From positions 2,336,001-2,400,000 of the forward strand of contig OZ220696.1 of the NCBI GenBank assembly GCA_965116495.1: a stretch of DNA of 64,000 nt, given 5' to 3'. The notes under the pieces are model-generated. The model was not told where the DNA came from and searched no databases. It saw nothing but the letters and a program-made list of their open reading frames with translations. Each line of letters opens with the position of its first letter. The stretch's first letter is position 1. The stretch is from Gammaproteobacteria bacterium (GTDB lineage Bacteria; Pseudomonadota; Gammaproteobacteria; Eutrophobiales; Eutrophobiaceae). The translations under genes and the position numbers were made by a program. Shown here piece by piece: positions 10,071-19,872 of the stretch.

Positions 10071-10985
10071 ATGAGCAATTTCATCATAAAAGCCGAAAAC
10101 CTGAAAAAGTCCTTTAATGGCGAATTTGTCGTCAAGGGGATAGATTTACAGGTTCCTTCGGGGGGGTGTTTCGGCTTGCTCGGCCCCAACGGCGCCGGCA
10201 AAACGACCACGCTGAGAATGATCCTGGGCCAATCCCCACTGACCGAAGGCAGCCTGGAAGTCATGGGGCTGGATGTACCGACACATGCCCGCCGGATACG
10301 CAGAGACATTGGTGTAGTCCCGCAACTGGATAATCTTGATCTCGATTTTACCGTAGTGGAAAACCTGAAAGTCTATGCCGGGTTTTTCAATCTCAAGGGG
10401 CCTGAATTGAATAAACGGATCGGGGAGCTATTGAAATTCGTCGAGTTGACTGAAAAAGCCGACATCCGAATCAATCAACTGTCCGGTGGAATGAAGCGGC
10501 GCCTCAGCATTGCCCGGGCGCTGGTGAATAATCCCAGGTTACTGGTACTGGATGAGCCGACGACCGGCCTGGACCCCCAGGTCAGGCACCTGATCTGGGG
10601 CAGGTTGCGGGAATTGAAAACTTCGGGCACGACCTTGTTACTGACCACGCATTTCATGGAAGAGGCGGAACGCCTGTGTGACGATATCGTTATCATGGAC
10701 CACGGCATTCTTCTCAGCCAGGGGCATCCGAAACAGTTAATCAAGAAACACGTGGAACCCGAGGTTGTGGAAATTCACGGGGAGATGGATGCGCTGCCGG
10801 GCATACTGACTGAGAAAGACATACACCGGGTGGAGATAGTGGGGGAGACGATTTACTATTTTACCAATGCCCCCGGTGAAATAATCCGGCGAGTTGAAGA
10901 CAAGCCGGACGTGCACTACCTGCACCGCCCCGCCAACCTGGAAGACGTATTTTTACGCCTGACCGGCAGGGAGTTGAGGGAATAG
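10071..10985 (+). CDS. nodI: ABC-2 exporter ATP-binding subunit, NodI family
   Basis: GPNGAGKTT, GVVPQLDNLD, LSGGMKRRL, LDEPTTGLDPQ, TTHFMEEAERLCD, NLEDVFLRLTGREL. Confidence 0.88.
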   Translation: MSNFIIKAENLKKSFNGEFVVKGIDLQVPSGGCFGLLGPNGAGKTTTLRMILGQSPLTEGSLEVMGLDVPTHARRIRRDIGVVPQLDNLDLDFTVVENLKVYAGFFNLKGPELNKRIGELLKFVELTEKADIRINQLSGGMKRRLSIARALVNNPRLLVLDEPTTGLDPQVRHLIWGRLRELKTSGTTLLLTTHFMEEAERLCDDIVIMDHGILLSQGHPKQLIKKHVEPEVVEIHGEMDALPGILTEKDIHRVEIVGETIYYFTNAPGEIIRRVEDKPDVHYLHRPANLEDVFLRLTGRELRE

Positions 10986-11217
10986 CCCGGATTTCCCATC
11001 AGGTGATGCGATGATTGCACAGAATTTTAGATGCGCTCCGTCCCTGGAGAGCCCCCTTCGGGCAACCTGCGGTTGTCCAAATTCGTTCCTGACGAATTTG
11101 TGCCTTCAGCGGGTGCCTGCGACCGAAAGCATAGTGGTTCTTATGGTTGAGGAAGCACGTGCCCGCTGAAGGCAAAAAGACAAGCAAGGACGCAGTACCT
11201 GATGGGAAATCCGGGCT
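10984..11217. mobile_element. MITE-like element (~234 bp) between nodI and nodJ
   Basis: 21-bp perfect terminal IR AGCCCGGATTTCCCATCAGGT (10984-11004 / 11197-11217); internal IR GCCTTCAGCGGG...CCCGCTGAAGGC; no transposase. Confidence 0.82.
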
Positions 11218-11998
11218 GCTGATCGATTGGCGTCTACCCGATATGCGTATCGGGATGTTCTTCGTGTGGCGCCGGAACCTGCTGGTATGGCGGAAATTAA
11301 TGATTCCCAGTTTACTGTTCAATTTTGGCGAGCCCTTTTTATACCTGCTCGGTCTTGGCCTGGGGCTGGGAAAGTTTGTGGGCGAACTGGGCGGACTGCC
11401 ATACCTGACTTTTCTTGCCAGCGGCCTGCTTGCCTCATCATCCATGAACACCGCAACGTTTGAAGGCCTGTTCTCGGTATATACGCGCATGGTCCCGCAG
11501 CAAACCTATGAGGGCATGCTGGCAACACCCCTGGAAGTTGACGATATCGTAGCCGGGGAAATGTTGTGGTGCGCAACCAAGGGGCTGTTCAGCAGTTCCG
11601 CCATTTTACTGGTGGCCTTTTTACTGGGCGCTATCTCACACTGGCAGGCGCTGCTCTGTATTCCTCTCTTCATCTTAACCGGCTTGTGTTTCGCCGGCCC
11701 GGCCATCATGGTCGCCTCTTTCTCGCGTTCCTATGATTTCTTCAACTACTACGTTACCCTTGTATTGACCCCCATGTTCATTTTCTGTGGTGTTTTCTAT
11801 CCCGTTGCGACATTACCCGATTTCGCACAATCGGTTGTGCAGTTTCTGCCGCTCAGTCATTCAATCGCCTTGATCAGGCCCCTCTCAACAGGGCAGGAAT
11901 TGTCCCAGGTAATTCTCCATATCGGCGTGTTATTCGCTTTTGCTCTGGTCAGCTTTTACTGCGCAGTCGTGCTGGTACGTAGAAGATTGATTCAGTAG
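11218..11998 (+). CDS. nodJ: ABC-2 exporter permease, NodJ family (start uncertain; the track ORF start at 11147 lies inside the MITE)
   Basis: VWRRNLLVWRKL, EPFLYLLGLGLGLG, YLTFLASGL, FCGVFYPV, LPLSHSIALIRP. Confidence 0.85.
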
Positions 11999-12117
11999 TA
12001 GTATAGCTATCCACCCGCTTAATTATTCAGGTTTCATCTGCATACTCTCATTCTGACTTACAAGCTGTTTGCTTAAGATGCGTACAGGAAGTATGGGACT
12101 ATTGGTGGAAATATGTT

Positions 12118-14763
12118 TCAGAAGTCGCGGTTGTAACGTAGCAGCAATGCAAATTCGTTTTCTCCGCGGGTGTGCCCTGCATGGCGGGTGACGAGTGTTG
12201 CCAAGTGGGCCTGTCCGCCTTTCCAGGGCCGGCTATAGGCCAGTTCAAGGTCAAGTTGACGACCGGAGGGTTCCAGGTCGAGAGTGGTTTTTTCGATCTG
12301 TACCTGCCTGTTCCGAGTCCGGCCTGAGGCCCAATGGAAGCGGGCGTTTCCTGACTCAACGCGCAGCGGCTGGGACAGTCGGAACGCCAGGCGGTCCTGC
12401 GTATAGCCGATGTTTTCGCCGATAACACCAATTGTAAAAGTGCTGGTCAACAGTGTGGATAGGTCATGCAGCATCCCGTATTTCTGCATCCCGGTCCGGC
12501 TGATGCCCGCATGGAGGTCGCCAAGAACGGTCCAGTGATCACCGAACCGACGATACGCCGAGACTCCCGTAAAGACAGTATCGGCGTTCAGTTCGCCGAA
12601 TGCACCGCTTGGTCGACTGCCGGCAAGATGGTTTGGTTCCATCAACCAGCCTGCCTGGATGGCGGCCCCGGACAGCATGTTATGCGCGAACCGGTATTCA
12701 GCCAGTGTGCCGGTAGACTGACTGGAGTCGATAGCGCGTCGTTCGCCGTATTGTGCAGCGCCGTGAAAGGCCGCGATACTGAGAGCTCCCTTGCCTATTG
12801 GCATTGCGATGCCCGCGCCCGCGCCGTTGCGGGCGAACGTAAGGAAGGGATTGGTAAAGGCTGCATCGTCGGTGAATGTCCCCGGAGTAATTGAGCCGGT
12901 GGCATGAAGCCCGAAACGCCAACCCGGATGGCTGCGCAGCCCGAAGAAGATTTCGTTGTCTCCGGCATGGCGAGTCAAGGACAATGAAGCGAGTCGGGAT
13001 TCGATTGTATCGTATCCGGTTCCCCGGCGAGTATAGCTGTGAAGACCGGTTATTTCAGCGTTAGCTTCTGCTGAAATCCCTGATGGGATTAAGCCGTAAT
13101 AGCGCCGATCCGGCACAGGTTCAAGGCGCATCCGTAGTTCAAGGTCCTGTGTATTCCACACGCCGCCGCGCGGATCATTGCCCAACACCCAGAGGCGTTC
13201 TTCGAGGCGTGCGCCGGCGCTTGCGTTCGGTTGGATGTAATCATTGAGCGGACGAAAGAACGGCGCATCCAGTTCATCGAAGCTCGCTATCTCACTGGAG
13301 GCAAACCCGTGAGAGAGCGCATCACCGAAGGCTGGGCCAGGAGAGAAGGTGCTGAGGCTTCCCGGGGCTGAAGGTCCGGAAAGTGATTGACCGGTCAGCA
13401 TGCGCGTGTCACCGACCGGCCGGGTGGCGCTGTCAAGGTCAAGAAACCCTTGGCCGTAGATGTCAGAGTCTGCGTATATTCCCTCCTTGTTTGCCGTTTC
13501 CAGCATGCGCCTGACGATCTCATCGTTGCCGAGTTGGTCGCGATAGTACTGGGCAAGCAAGGCAACCCCGCCAGTGACGACAGGCGCGGCAAAAGAGGTG
13601 CCGGATGCGCTGGCGTAACAGTCCCCGGACCCGGTTGGACAGTAGGTGTTGGGTAAGGGCCCTGTGAGTTCTACGCCCGGCGCTGCCAGGCAGAAATCCT
13701 TTGCTATGCCGCAACGGCTGGAGAAACCTGCGATCTCACCGTTCTGATCGGTTGCGACCACGGCAACAGAGTGGCCGCGCAGTTCAGGAATACGGACAGG
13801 GAGCCCAGCCACGATCTCGACTGAGGTGGCAGACTCTATTGTTCCGTCAGAGTGTACTTCGCCGCGCGCATTGCCTGCCGCCCATACGTAGATGGTGCGT
13901 TCACTGGCCGGGGTAGCTGCCTGGGCAATAGCTTCCAGGGTGAGGGGCAAAGCGCCGCGGATCTCCGTTTCATTGTAATCCTCGATGTTCCCGAGAAAAC
14001 CAAAGCTCAGGTTGATGGCCGTGACACTGGGGTTTAACCGTTTGGAAATCTCTGCAAACTCCAGGTCTGTCGAACCCAGGGAACCGGGCAGGCTCAGGTC
14101 AATGGGATCATAGTAATCGGGGGGATCGCCGAAGGGGATACCCACCGAGAACAGTTTGGCGTCGAATGCAATACCGTGAACGGCAAACTCACTTCCGGTT
14201 CCATTGGTGGCGTCTGTTTGCCGGTTTGCCGCTATAACGCCTCCCACCAGGGTGCCATGTGACGGAGGTCCCGCATCCAGTGAGCAGGATCCGTCCGGTT
14301 CGCTCATTGCACAAAAGCTGTAGTCCGGGTCGTATCCTGCAGCATTGAAGGAATCGGTATGCAATTTCCCCGCAAACTTTGTATGTCCCGGGTCAATGCC
14401 GCTGTCAATAATGCCGATGGTGACGCCTTCACCGGTCGCGCCGCGGGCGTAGGCATAGTGGGCGTTGACCTGTTCCAGGGCGGGCTGGTTGCGGAATTCG
14501 GGGTGCCCGGCATATTCCCGGCGCAGTTCAGCTTCAGATTCGTCAGGCTCGGCCGTGACCGGTGGCGGTTCCGGCATGACGGGCGGGGGTTGGGGAGTGG
14601 CCGGAGGCGATCGGCTTTTGGTCCCTCCTCCCCCGCTACAACCGGTGATGAGTAATATCATCCCGCCTGTTAACACCAGCCGTTTTGCTATAGTAATAAT
14701 ATATTTTCTCCAGGAGTTCCGCGGTGAGACAACCATGCTACATACATTTGAAGCTGCATACAC
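12118..14763 (-). CDS. S8 (subtilisin) serine protease, lipoprotein-like, with a C-terminal beta-rich autotransporter-like domain; start uncertain
   Basis: Triad motifs IIDSGID, HGTLVGGVIAA, GTSFAAPVV; oxyanion WAAGN; LLITGC followed by a Gly/Pro linker; C-terminal Phe. Confidence 0.88.
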   Translation of the reverse strand: MYAASNVCSMVVSPRNSWRKYIITIAKRLVLTGGMILLITGCSGGGGTKSRSPPATPQPPPVMPEPPPVTAEPDESEAELRREYAGHPEFRNQPALEQVNAHYAYARGATGEGVTIGIIDSGIDPGHTKFAGKLHTDSFNAAGYDPDYSFCAMSEPDGSCSLDAGPPSHGTLVGGVIAANRQTDATNGTGSEFAVHGIAFDAKLFSVGIPFGDPPDYYDPIDLSLPGSLGSTDLEFAEISKRLNPSVTAINLSFGFLGNIEDYNETEIRGALPLTLEAIAQAATPASERTIYVWAAGNARGEVHSDGTIESATSVEIVAGLPVRIPELRGHSVAVVATDQNGEIAGFSSRCGIAKDFCLAAPGVELTGPLPNTYCPTGSGDCYASASGTSFAAPVVTGGVALLAQYYRDQLGNDEIVRRMLETANKEGIYADSDIYGQGFLDLDSATRPVGDTRMLTGQSLSGPSAPGSLSTFSPGPAFGDALSHGFASSEIASFDELDAPFFRPLNDYIQPNASAGARLEERLWVLGNDPRGGVWNTQDLELRMRLEPVPDRRYYGLIPSGISAEANAEITGLHSYTRRGTGYDTIESRLASLSLTRHAGDNEIFFGLRSHPGWRFGLHATGSITPGTFTDDAAFTNPFLTFARNGAGAGIAMPIGKGALSIAAFHGAAQYGERRAIDSSQSTGTLAEYRFAHNMLSGAAIQAGWLMEPNHLAGSRPSGAFGELNADTVFTGVSAYRRFGDHWTVLGDLHAGISRTGMQKYGMLHDLSTLLTSTFTIGVIGENIGYTQDRLAFRLSQPLRVESGNARFHWASGRTRNRQVQIEKTTLDLEPSGRQLDLELAYSRPWKGGQAHLATLVTRHAGHTRGENEFALLLRYNRDF

Positions 14764-14872
14764 CGGGTTTGTTTGTATTCACCGTACTCCTTATAATCGA
14801 TTGCAAACAACTCCAGACTAAGTAACCGGCATGTTATCATTGGCGCAAGTGTTGTAACTTCAGGAGTCATAC

Positions 14873-15364
14873 ATGCAGGTTATTTCTTCCTTAAAACAAT
14901 CCAGTCGTAAGAAGTCGTTACCGTTATTGGAATATCCTTTTCTGTATATGTGGCATATCGTTCTGCAAAGCCAGGCAAAAATCGAAGAAGCCATAAAACC
15001 TCTTGGACTGACTCCTGTTCAGTGGCGGATTATCTACACGCTGTATGACTTTGATAGTGTATCGATTCGAGAACTGTCAGATGTCATTTTGATAGAAGCA
15101 TCTGTTCTCAGTCGCTTGCTGCAAAAACTGGAGGAACGAAAAATAATCATCAAGCAGAAAAAAAATAAAGACCAGCGTTATGTAATAGTGCAACTGACCT
15201 CAAAGGGACGAAAATATTATGATGAGGTTATTCCTATTGTTATCAGGCAATTGAATATAGCGCAGGCAAACATTCCAGAAGCAGATTTACAACATTTACT
15301 GCATACGCTCAAAATCATGATGGGCAATGTGTACCGGTCTCCATTTGCGTTTGATTCGACGTGA
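14873..15364 (+). CDS. MarR-family transcriptional regulator
   Basis: GLTPVQWRII, LSRLLQKLEERKII, DQRYVIVQLTSKG. Confidence 0.9.
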   Translation: MQVISSLKQSSRKKSLPLLEYPFLYMWHIVLQSQAKIEEAIKPLGLTPVQWRIIYTLYDFDSVSIRELSDVILIEASVLSRLLQKLEERKIIIKQKKNKDQRYVIVQLTSKGRKYYDEVIPIVIRQLNIAQANIPEADLQHLLHTLKIMMGNVYRSPFAFDST

Positions 15365-15540
15365 GTACCGCCAGTACTACGTTTTGTAATCCTACTTCTA
15401 TGCCGATGGTAAATTGAACGGGTTTGTCCAATCCCATGAGCTTTGAGATCACTGCTCCAATAATCACAGCTAATACGCAAAAAAATTTCGATTAACCCGC
15501 ATCCAGAACCGAAAGCATAGCAGTAGAAAACTGCGGTTAG

Positions 15541-16029
15541 TCACAATGGGTACACGATTGCTGAGGCTGTATGGAATGTGTCTGCAATAACCAGCTTTTC
15601 TTTAAATTTCGGTTTACCATCCGCCATTGTAATTACGTCACGATACTCCCCTGCATTGGCACACTCGAATTTACCTTCGAAATTAGTCTGTACAACGAGG
15701 AAATTGGATCGAACATAGAAACTGTCATTGCCATGTTCACTGATTTTAATATTACTGATGAGGTGCCGATAATAATGCTTGTTAAACGTATTGATATGCC
15801 GTAGAGAGGTAACCCGGTCGCGCATCATCCCCTGACTGGTATAATACATCCAATAACCGCCATCCATACCGGCCTCAAGATTTTCTCTGGACTGAATAAG
15901 ATACTTTCCGTCCTCCGGGAATAACCCGGGCCAACTCTCTAGATCATCGCTATCCAGACAATCTGCGTATTTATCTAAAAGATTGTAAATTAAACGCTCT
16001 ATTGATGCGCTCATGGCAGGTGTGTCCAT
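15541..16029 (-). CDS. Aromatic ring-hydroxylating oxygenase beta subunit (NagH/AndAd-like)
   Basis: YADCLDSDDLESWPGLF, SREN, MMRDRV, RHLISN, GEYRD; follows an alpha subunit. Confidence 0.9.
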   Translation of the reverse strand: MDTPAMSASIERLIYNLLDKYADCLDSDDLESWPGLFPEDGKYLIQSRENLEAGMDGGYWMYYTSQGMMRDRVTSLRHINTFNKHYYRHLISNIKISEHGNDSFYVRSNFLVVQTNFEGKFECANAGEYRDVITMADGKPKFKEKLVIADTFHTASAIVYPL

Positions 16030-16064
16030 GGGTTTTGAGATGACCTGGATTCAGCTCGGGCAAA

Positions 16065-17300
16065 CTAAGGCGTGGGGATTTGCATCATCTCACAGTAGCC
16101 TTTCCAAAAGGCCCGAACAGTGGCTTCGGAATTAAAATGGTCTGAAGTAGTCTCTATACCGGCGCCACCGAATTCGATATAAGACGTATCCCCCCTGGAA
16201 ATTGCATTCTGCGTCATAGCTAAAACTTCAGCATCTTCCATCGCAATATATCCGGCAGGGCCCAACAGGTTACTTTGCTTTTTTCGGCACTCGTGTTCAT
16301 AGTCAGACTCATTGTCATATCCGAACCAGGTATATTCGATATCCGTTGTGCCCGGGCTGGTTGGGATAATACGCCTGCAACTCCACGAATTGCGGATACA
16401 GGTAAATAAAGAGCCAGGATATATGGAAATTACGCTTAATTGCAGATCACCCAATGCATCGAAGCCTTCTGCGATGCTTGGATCATCCAGTTCATATTTT
16501 CCCTTTTGAGCCGGAAATCTGTTTTTGCCATCAGTATCGGCAGGGGATGGTAACCACGAACTCAACAAGGCATGGGCATTGTGGATATCAACGCTCACAC
16601 GGTCAACAGGCATCGCAAGACCAAACTGTCCAACGAAGGTATGGAGTTGCGGTCCGTGGTATGTGTCCCTGTTGTTTTCGACAAACAGCTTCCAGTTGCA
16701 ATGTACGGTTTGGCGTTGATATCCAACGATTCGTAGTGGGCGCATGCAAATCGTTTCAATGCGCCCGACTATCGCCGAGCCAAGATATTCACGAAGTGGC
16801 GGCGCCCGGTCGTCAAACGTCGCAAAGATAACATCCTTGATAGTTTCAACCCGAAGAGTCTTTAACCCATGGCAGTCTTTTGAAAAGTCGTCCGGATACC
16901 CGCCTTTGTTCTGCATTCCCCGTTCCATTGAGACGCCCAGTAATTTCCCGGTCCCGTCATAGCGCCAGTTATGATAGGGGCATATCGGGAATTTATTATT
17001 TCCCCTCAACTCCCTGATTACCCTGGCGCCCCGATGAGCGCACCTGTTGACATAAGCGTTTATAGAATTGTCGTGTGCACGGTGCAGTACAACAGGAGTT
17101 GTTCCAATATATGTAGATGTGAAATCTCCCGGTTCGGGGATATCGGCAAGCAGTCCTGACAGGTGCCAGACCGCCCCCTTGAAAATCAGCTCCTGTTCCT
17201 GCTCAAAAATATGCGGGTCGATATAAACTTCGCATGGAATGAGCGTGTGGTCTGAACTTGGCCAGGATAAATAACGATTATCGGAAGTTTCTACTCGCAA
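16065..17300 (-). CDS. Rieske ring-hydroxylating oxygenase alpha subunit (divergent salicylate-5-hydroxylase/anthranilate type)
   Basis: Rieske NRCAHRG...CPYHNW; NWKLFVENNRDTYHGPQLH; GPAGYIAMED. Confidence 0.9.
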   Translation of the reverse strand: MRVETSDNRYLSWPSSDHTLIPCEVYIDPHIFEQEQELIFKGAVWHLSGLLADIPEPGDFTSTYIGTTPVVLHRAHDNSINAYVNRCAHRGARVIRELRGNNKFPICPYHNWRYDGTGKLLGVSMERGMQNKGGYPDDFSKDCHGLKTLRVETIKDVIFATFDDRAPPLREYLGSAIVGRIETICMRPLRIVGYQRQTVHCNWKLFVENNRDTYHGPQLHTFVGQFGLAMPVDRVSVDIHNAHALLSSWLPSPADTDGKNRFPAQKGKYELDDPSIAEGFDALGDLQLSVISIYPGSLFTCIRNSWSCRRIIPTSPGTTDIEYTWFGYDNESDYEHECRKKQSNLLGPAGYIAMEDAEVLAMTQNAISRGDTSYIEFGGAGIETTSDHFNSEATVRAFWKGYCEMMQIPTP

Positions 17301-17438
17301 AGTATATTCGTGTTTTTTTATCTTGATATACCGTACTATATCATGTGTAAAAACACTTGTAATAACATTTATCTGTTATAAACTGTTTCAAGTGATGGGC
17401 ATTGGTTAATAGCAGTCACGTCAAGTCGCGGAGGTGTT

Positions 17439-19829
17439 ATGTACTTTCGAAACAGTTTGAAGAGCGAGCTTCGATTTTCTCCAGGCAAGCTTGCAATACT
17501 GATCTTTGCTTGTGTTGGTCTAATGGGTTTATTTCCTATCCTCACAATTGCACAGAGCAATATTCTGGAAGAAGTCGTTGTTACTGCCCAGAAACGAGAG
17601 CAATCTCTACAGGACGTGCCAATCTCTGTCGCGGTTACCTCAGGGGAGAGCATAGAAAAACAGAATTTAACCGACCTGGGCGAACTTTCTGCACAGACAC
17701 CAAACATCATCATTTCAGATGCGCCGGCCAGCGATCAACTATATATTCGCGGCGTTGGCTCCAGTATCAATGGTGGTTTCGAACAATCCGTCGGAACGTT
17801 TGTCGACGGCATCTATCATGGCCGGTCCCGGTATTCTCGTGGCCTCCTTTTTGACGTTGAGCGTGTAGAGTTGCTGCGCGGACCCCAATCCACGTATTTC
17901 GGCAATAATGCCATCGCCGGGGCATTGAATGTCATCACCCGTAAGCCGGGTGATGAATTCGAAGGGTACGTCAACGTCCTGTTTGAGCCTGACGATGGTG
18001 AGAGGAGCGTTGAATTTGCGCTGGGCGGACCCGTGACGGATACACTCGGTGTCCGCGTCGCTACCAAAATCTACGGCATGAGTGGTTTCGTCAGAGACTT
18101 CCATACAGGCGTTCAGGGACCCGACCTGGACGACAAACAGATACGCGCCACTGCGACCTGGAAACCGACTGACTCGTTTGATGCAACATTTAAAGCGGAA
18201 ATTGCAGAGTCTGACGGTGACCGTAACCCGCATTTCCAGCTCTTTAACTGTCCCCCGGGTCCCCCTTTTCCAGGCCCCGGTGGTGGTTGCGCCGTCGCGT
18301 TGCGCGTGTTTGGACCGCTCAATGACGAACTGGATACGATAGCTGCCGATACACCAGGAGAGTTTACAGCCGCACATACCAGGGAGTACGTGTTAACCCT
18401 TAACCTGGATATGTGGGATCACACGTTTACCTCTGTCACCGGGTATTCGAACTATGACTACCGCCAGGGTTTTGATGGGGACAGCGTTCCCTTACCTCTG
18501 CTTGGCGTCAATTTTAACGAGGACTTTGAGCAATACAGCCAGGAGTTCCGTATTACTTCACCAACCGGCAATCGAATTGAATATATTGCGGGTTTTTATT
18601 GGCAATCCAGTGACCTGTTCAACCAGAACAAGATTTATGCGGATATCGTTTCTCCGCTATTACTCGGATCACCTGTCGGACCATTATATGCTCCCTTCTT
18701 GCCGGTAGGACCACAAAATGATCTAAGCCAGGATGAAGAGACTTTTTCACTGTTTGGATCACTGACCTGGCATGCTACTGATTCCTTACGCGGCACAGTC
18801 GGCCTGCGTTGGACGGACGTACAGAAGGACGGGGTCAAAAGCCTGTTTATAGGCTCGACAGATGGCGCTGCTGCACTTTCCGGTCCGTTTAAACCCTTGC
18901 CGTTTCCGCTCAGCATGTTTCCATTGCCGCCGAGAGGACCTGTCGCCGGTGGCCTGGGTACGCCGCATGGACCGGTTCCGCTCAGTATATCCAATGACGA
19001 TGTAACGCCTTCCGTAAATATTCAATATGATGTGACGGAAGATGTCATGACGTATTTTTCCTTTTCCCAGGGATTTAAATCGGGTGGTTTCGACGCGCAA
19101 AATGTGTCAGGCCCGCCCGACCCGTTGACGTTTGGTCCGGAAGAAGTGGATGCATACGAGGCAGGAGCAAAGGCAACTTGGTTCGATGGAAGACTTGCCA
19201 CCAACCTGACCTGGTACCGTAACGAGTATACGGACCTGCAACAGGCCGTGCTCCAGACGGGGATTACCTTCAATGTAGAAAATGTGGGTAAACTCGTGGT
19301 TCAAGGTGTGGAGTTTGATGCGAGCCTCAAGGTGACCGACAATCTCACTGTGGATACTGCGGTTGCCTATCTTGATTCTGAATATAAATCTTATCGGGAT
19401 GGTGGTTGTACCGCCCTGCAGAGCCTACGGTTCGCAATGACAAACCCCGGTCAAAGGTGTCTGCAGGATCTGACTGGTAAACCCTCACCGTATTCACCTG
19501 AGTTCAGTGGTTACGTACATGCGCGCCATATTTTGCCGCTACCCCGGAAATTGAGGCTCGTAACCGATATAAATGTCTACTTCACGGATGATTTTGAAAT
19601 TATTTCGGACAATGACCCGTTGGTAACGCAGGATTCTTACGCAAAACTGGATGTTCGTATCGCCCTGGGCAACCAGGGAGACACCTGGGAAATTGCAATG
19701 GTAGGGAAAAACCTGACAGACAAATTTACCAGGTCATTCGCCAATGATAGTCCACTTGCAGCCGGAACTTTTCAGATGCTGCTTGACCGGCCAAGAAGCC
19801 TTGCAATCCAGGGACGATACAGCTGGTAG
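17439..19829 (+). CDS. TonB-dependent receptor
   Basis: LEEVVVTAQKREQSLQDVP, RVELLRGPQSTYFG, GFKSGGF, C-terminal YSW. Confidence 0.94.
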   Translation: MYFRNSLKSELRFSPGKLAILIFACVGLMGLFPILTIAQSNILEEVVVTAQKREQSLQDVPISVAVTSGESIEKQNLTDLGELSAQTPNIIISDAPASDQLYIRGVGSSINGGFEQSVGTFVDGIYHGRSRYSRGLLFDVERVELLRGPQSTYFGNNAIAGALNVITRKPGDEFEGYVNVLFEPDDGERSVEFALGGPVTDTLGVRVATKIYGMSGFVRDFHTGVQGPDLDDKQIRATATWKPTDSFDATFKAEIAESDGDRNPHFQLFNCPPGPPFPGPGGGCAVALRVFGPLNDELDTIAADTPGEFTAAHTREYVLTLNLDMWDHTFTSVTGYSNYDYRQGFDGDSVPLPLLGVNFNEDFEQYSQEFRITSPTGNRIEYIAGFYWQSSDLFNQNKIYADIVSPLLLGSPVGPLYAPFLPVGPQNDLSQDEETFSLFGSLTWHATDSLRGTVGLRWTDVQKDGVKSLFIGSTDGAAALSGPFKPLPFPLSMFPLPPRGPVAGGLGTPHGPVPLSISNDDVTPSVNIQYDVTEDVMTYFSFSQGFKSGGFDAQNVSGPPDPLTFGPEEVDAYEAGAKATWFDGRLATNLTWYRNEYTDLQQAVLQTGITFNVENVGKLVVQGVEFDASLKVTDNLTVDTAVAYLDSEYKSYRDGGCTALQSLRFAMTNPGQRCLQDLTGKPSPYSPEFSGYVHARHILPLPRKLRLVTDINVYFTDDFEIISDNDPLVTQDSYAKLDVRIALGNQGDTWEIAMVGKNLTDKFTRSFANDSPLAAGTFQMLLDRPRSLAIQGRYSW

Positions 19830-19872
19830 TAAAGAGTCAAGCTCAATGCCCGCATAAACTACTGCTATCCTT

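Noticed and set aside
11147-11217. N-terminal extension of NodJ in the ORF track
   Set aside because: It lies inside the MITE and does not resemble NodJ
10071-11998. Nod-factor (symbiosis) export
   Set aside because: No nodABC; NodI/J-family exporters are widespread in non-rhizobial proteobacteria
15507-15520. 13-mer ACCGAAAGCATAG shared with the nodI/J MITE
   Set aside because: The flanks do not match; too short to distinguish from chance
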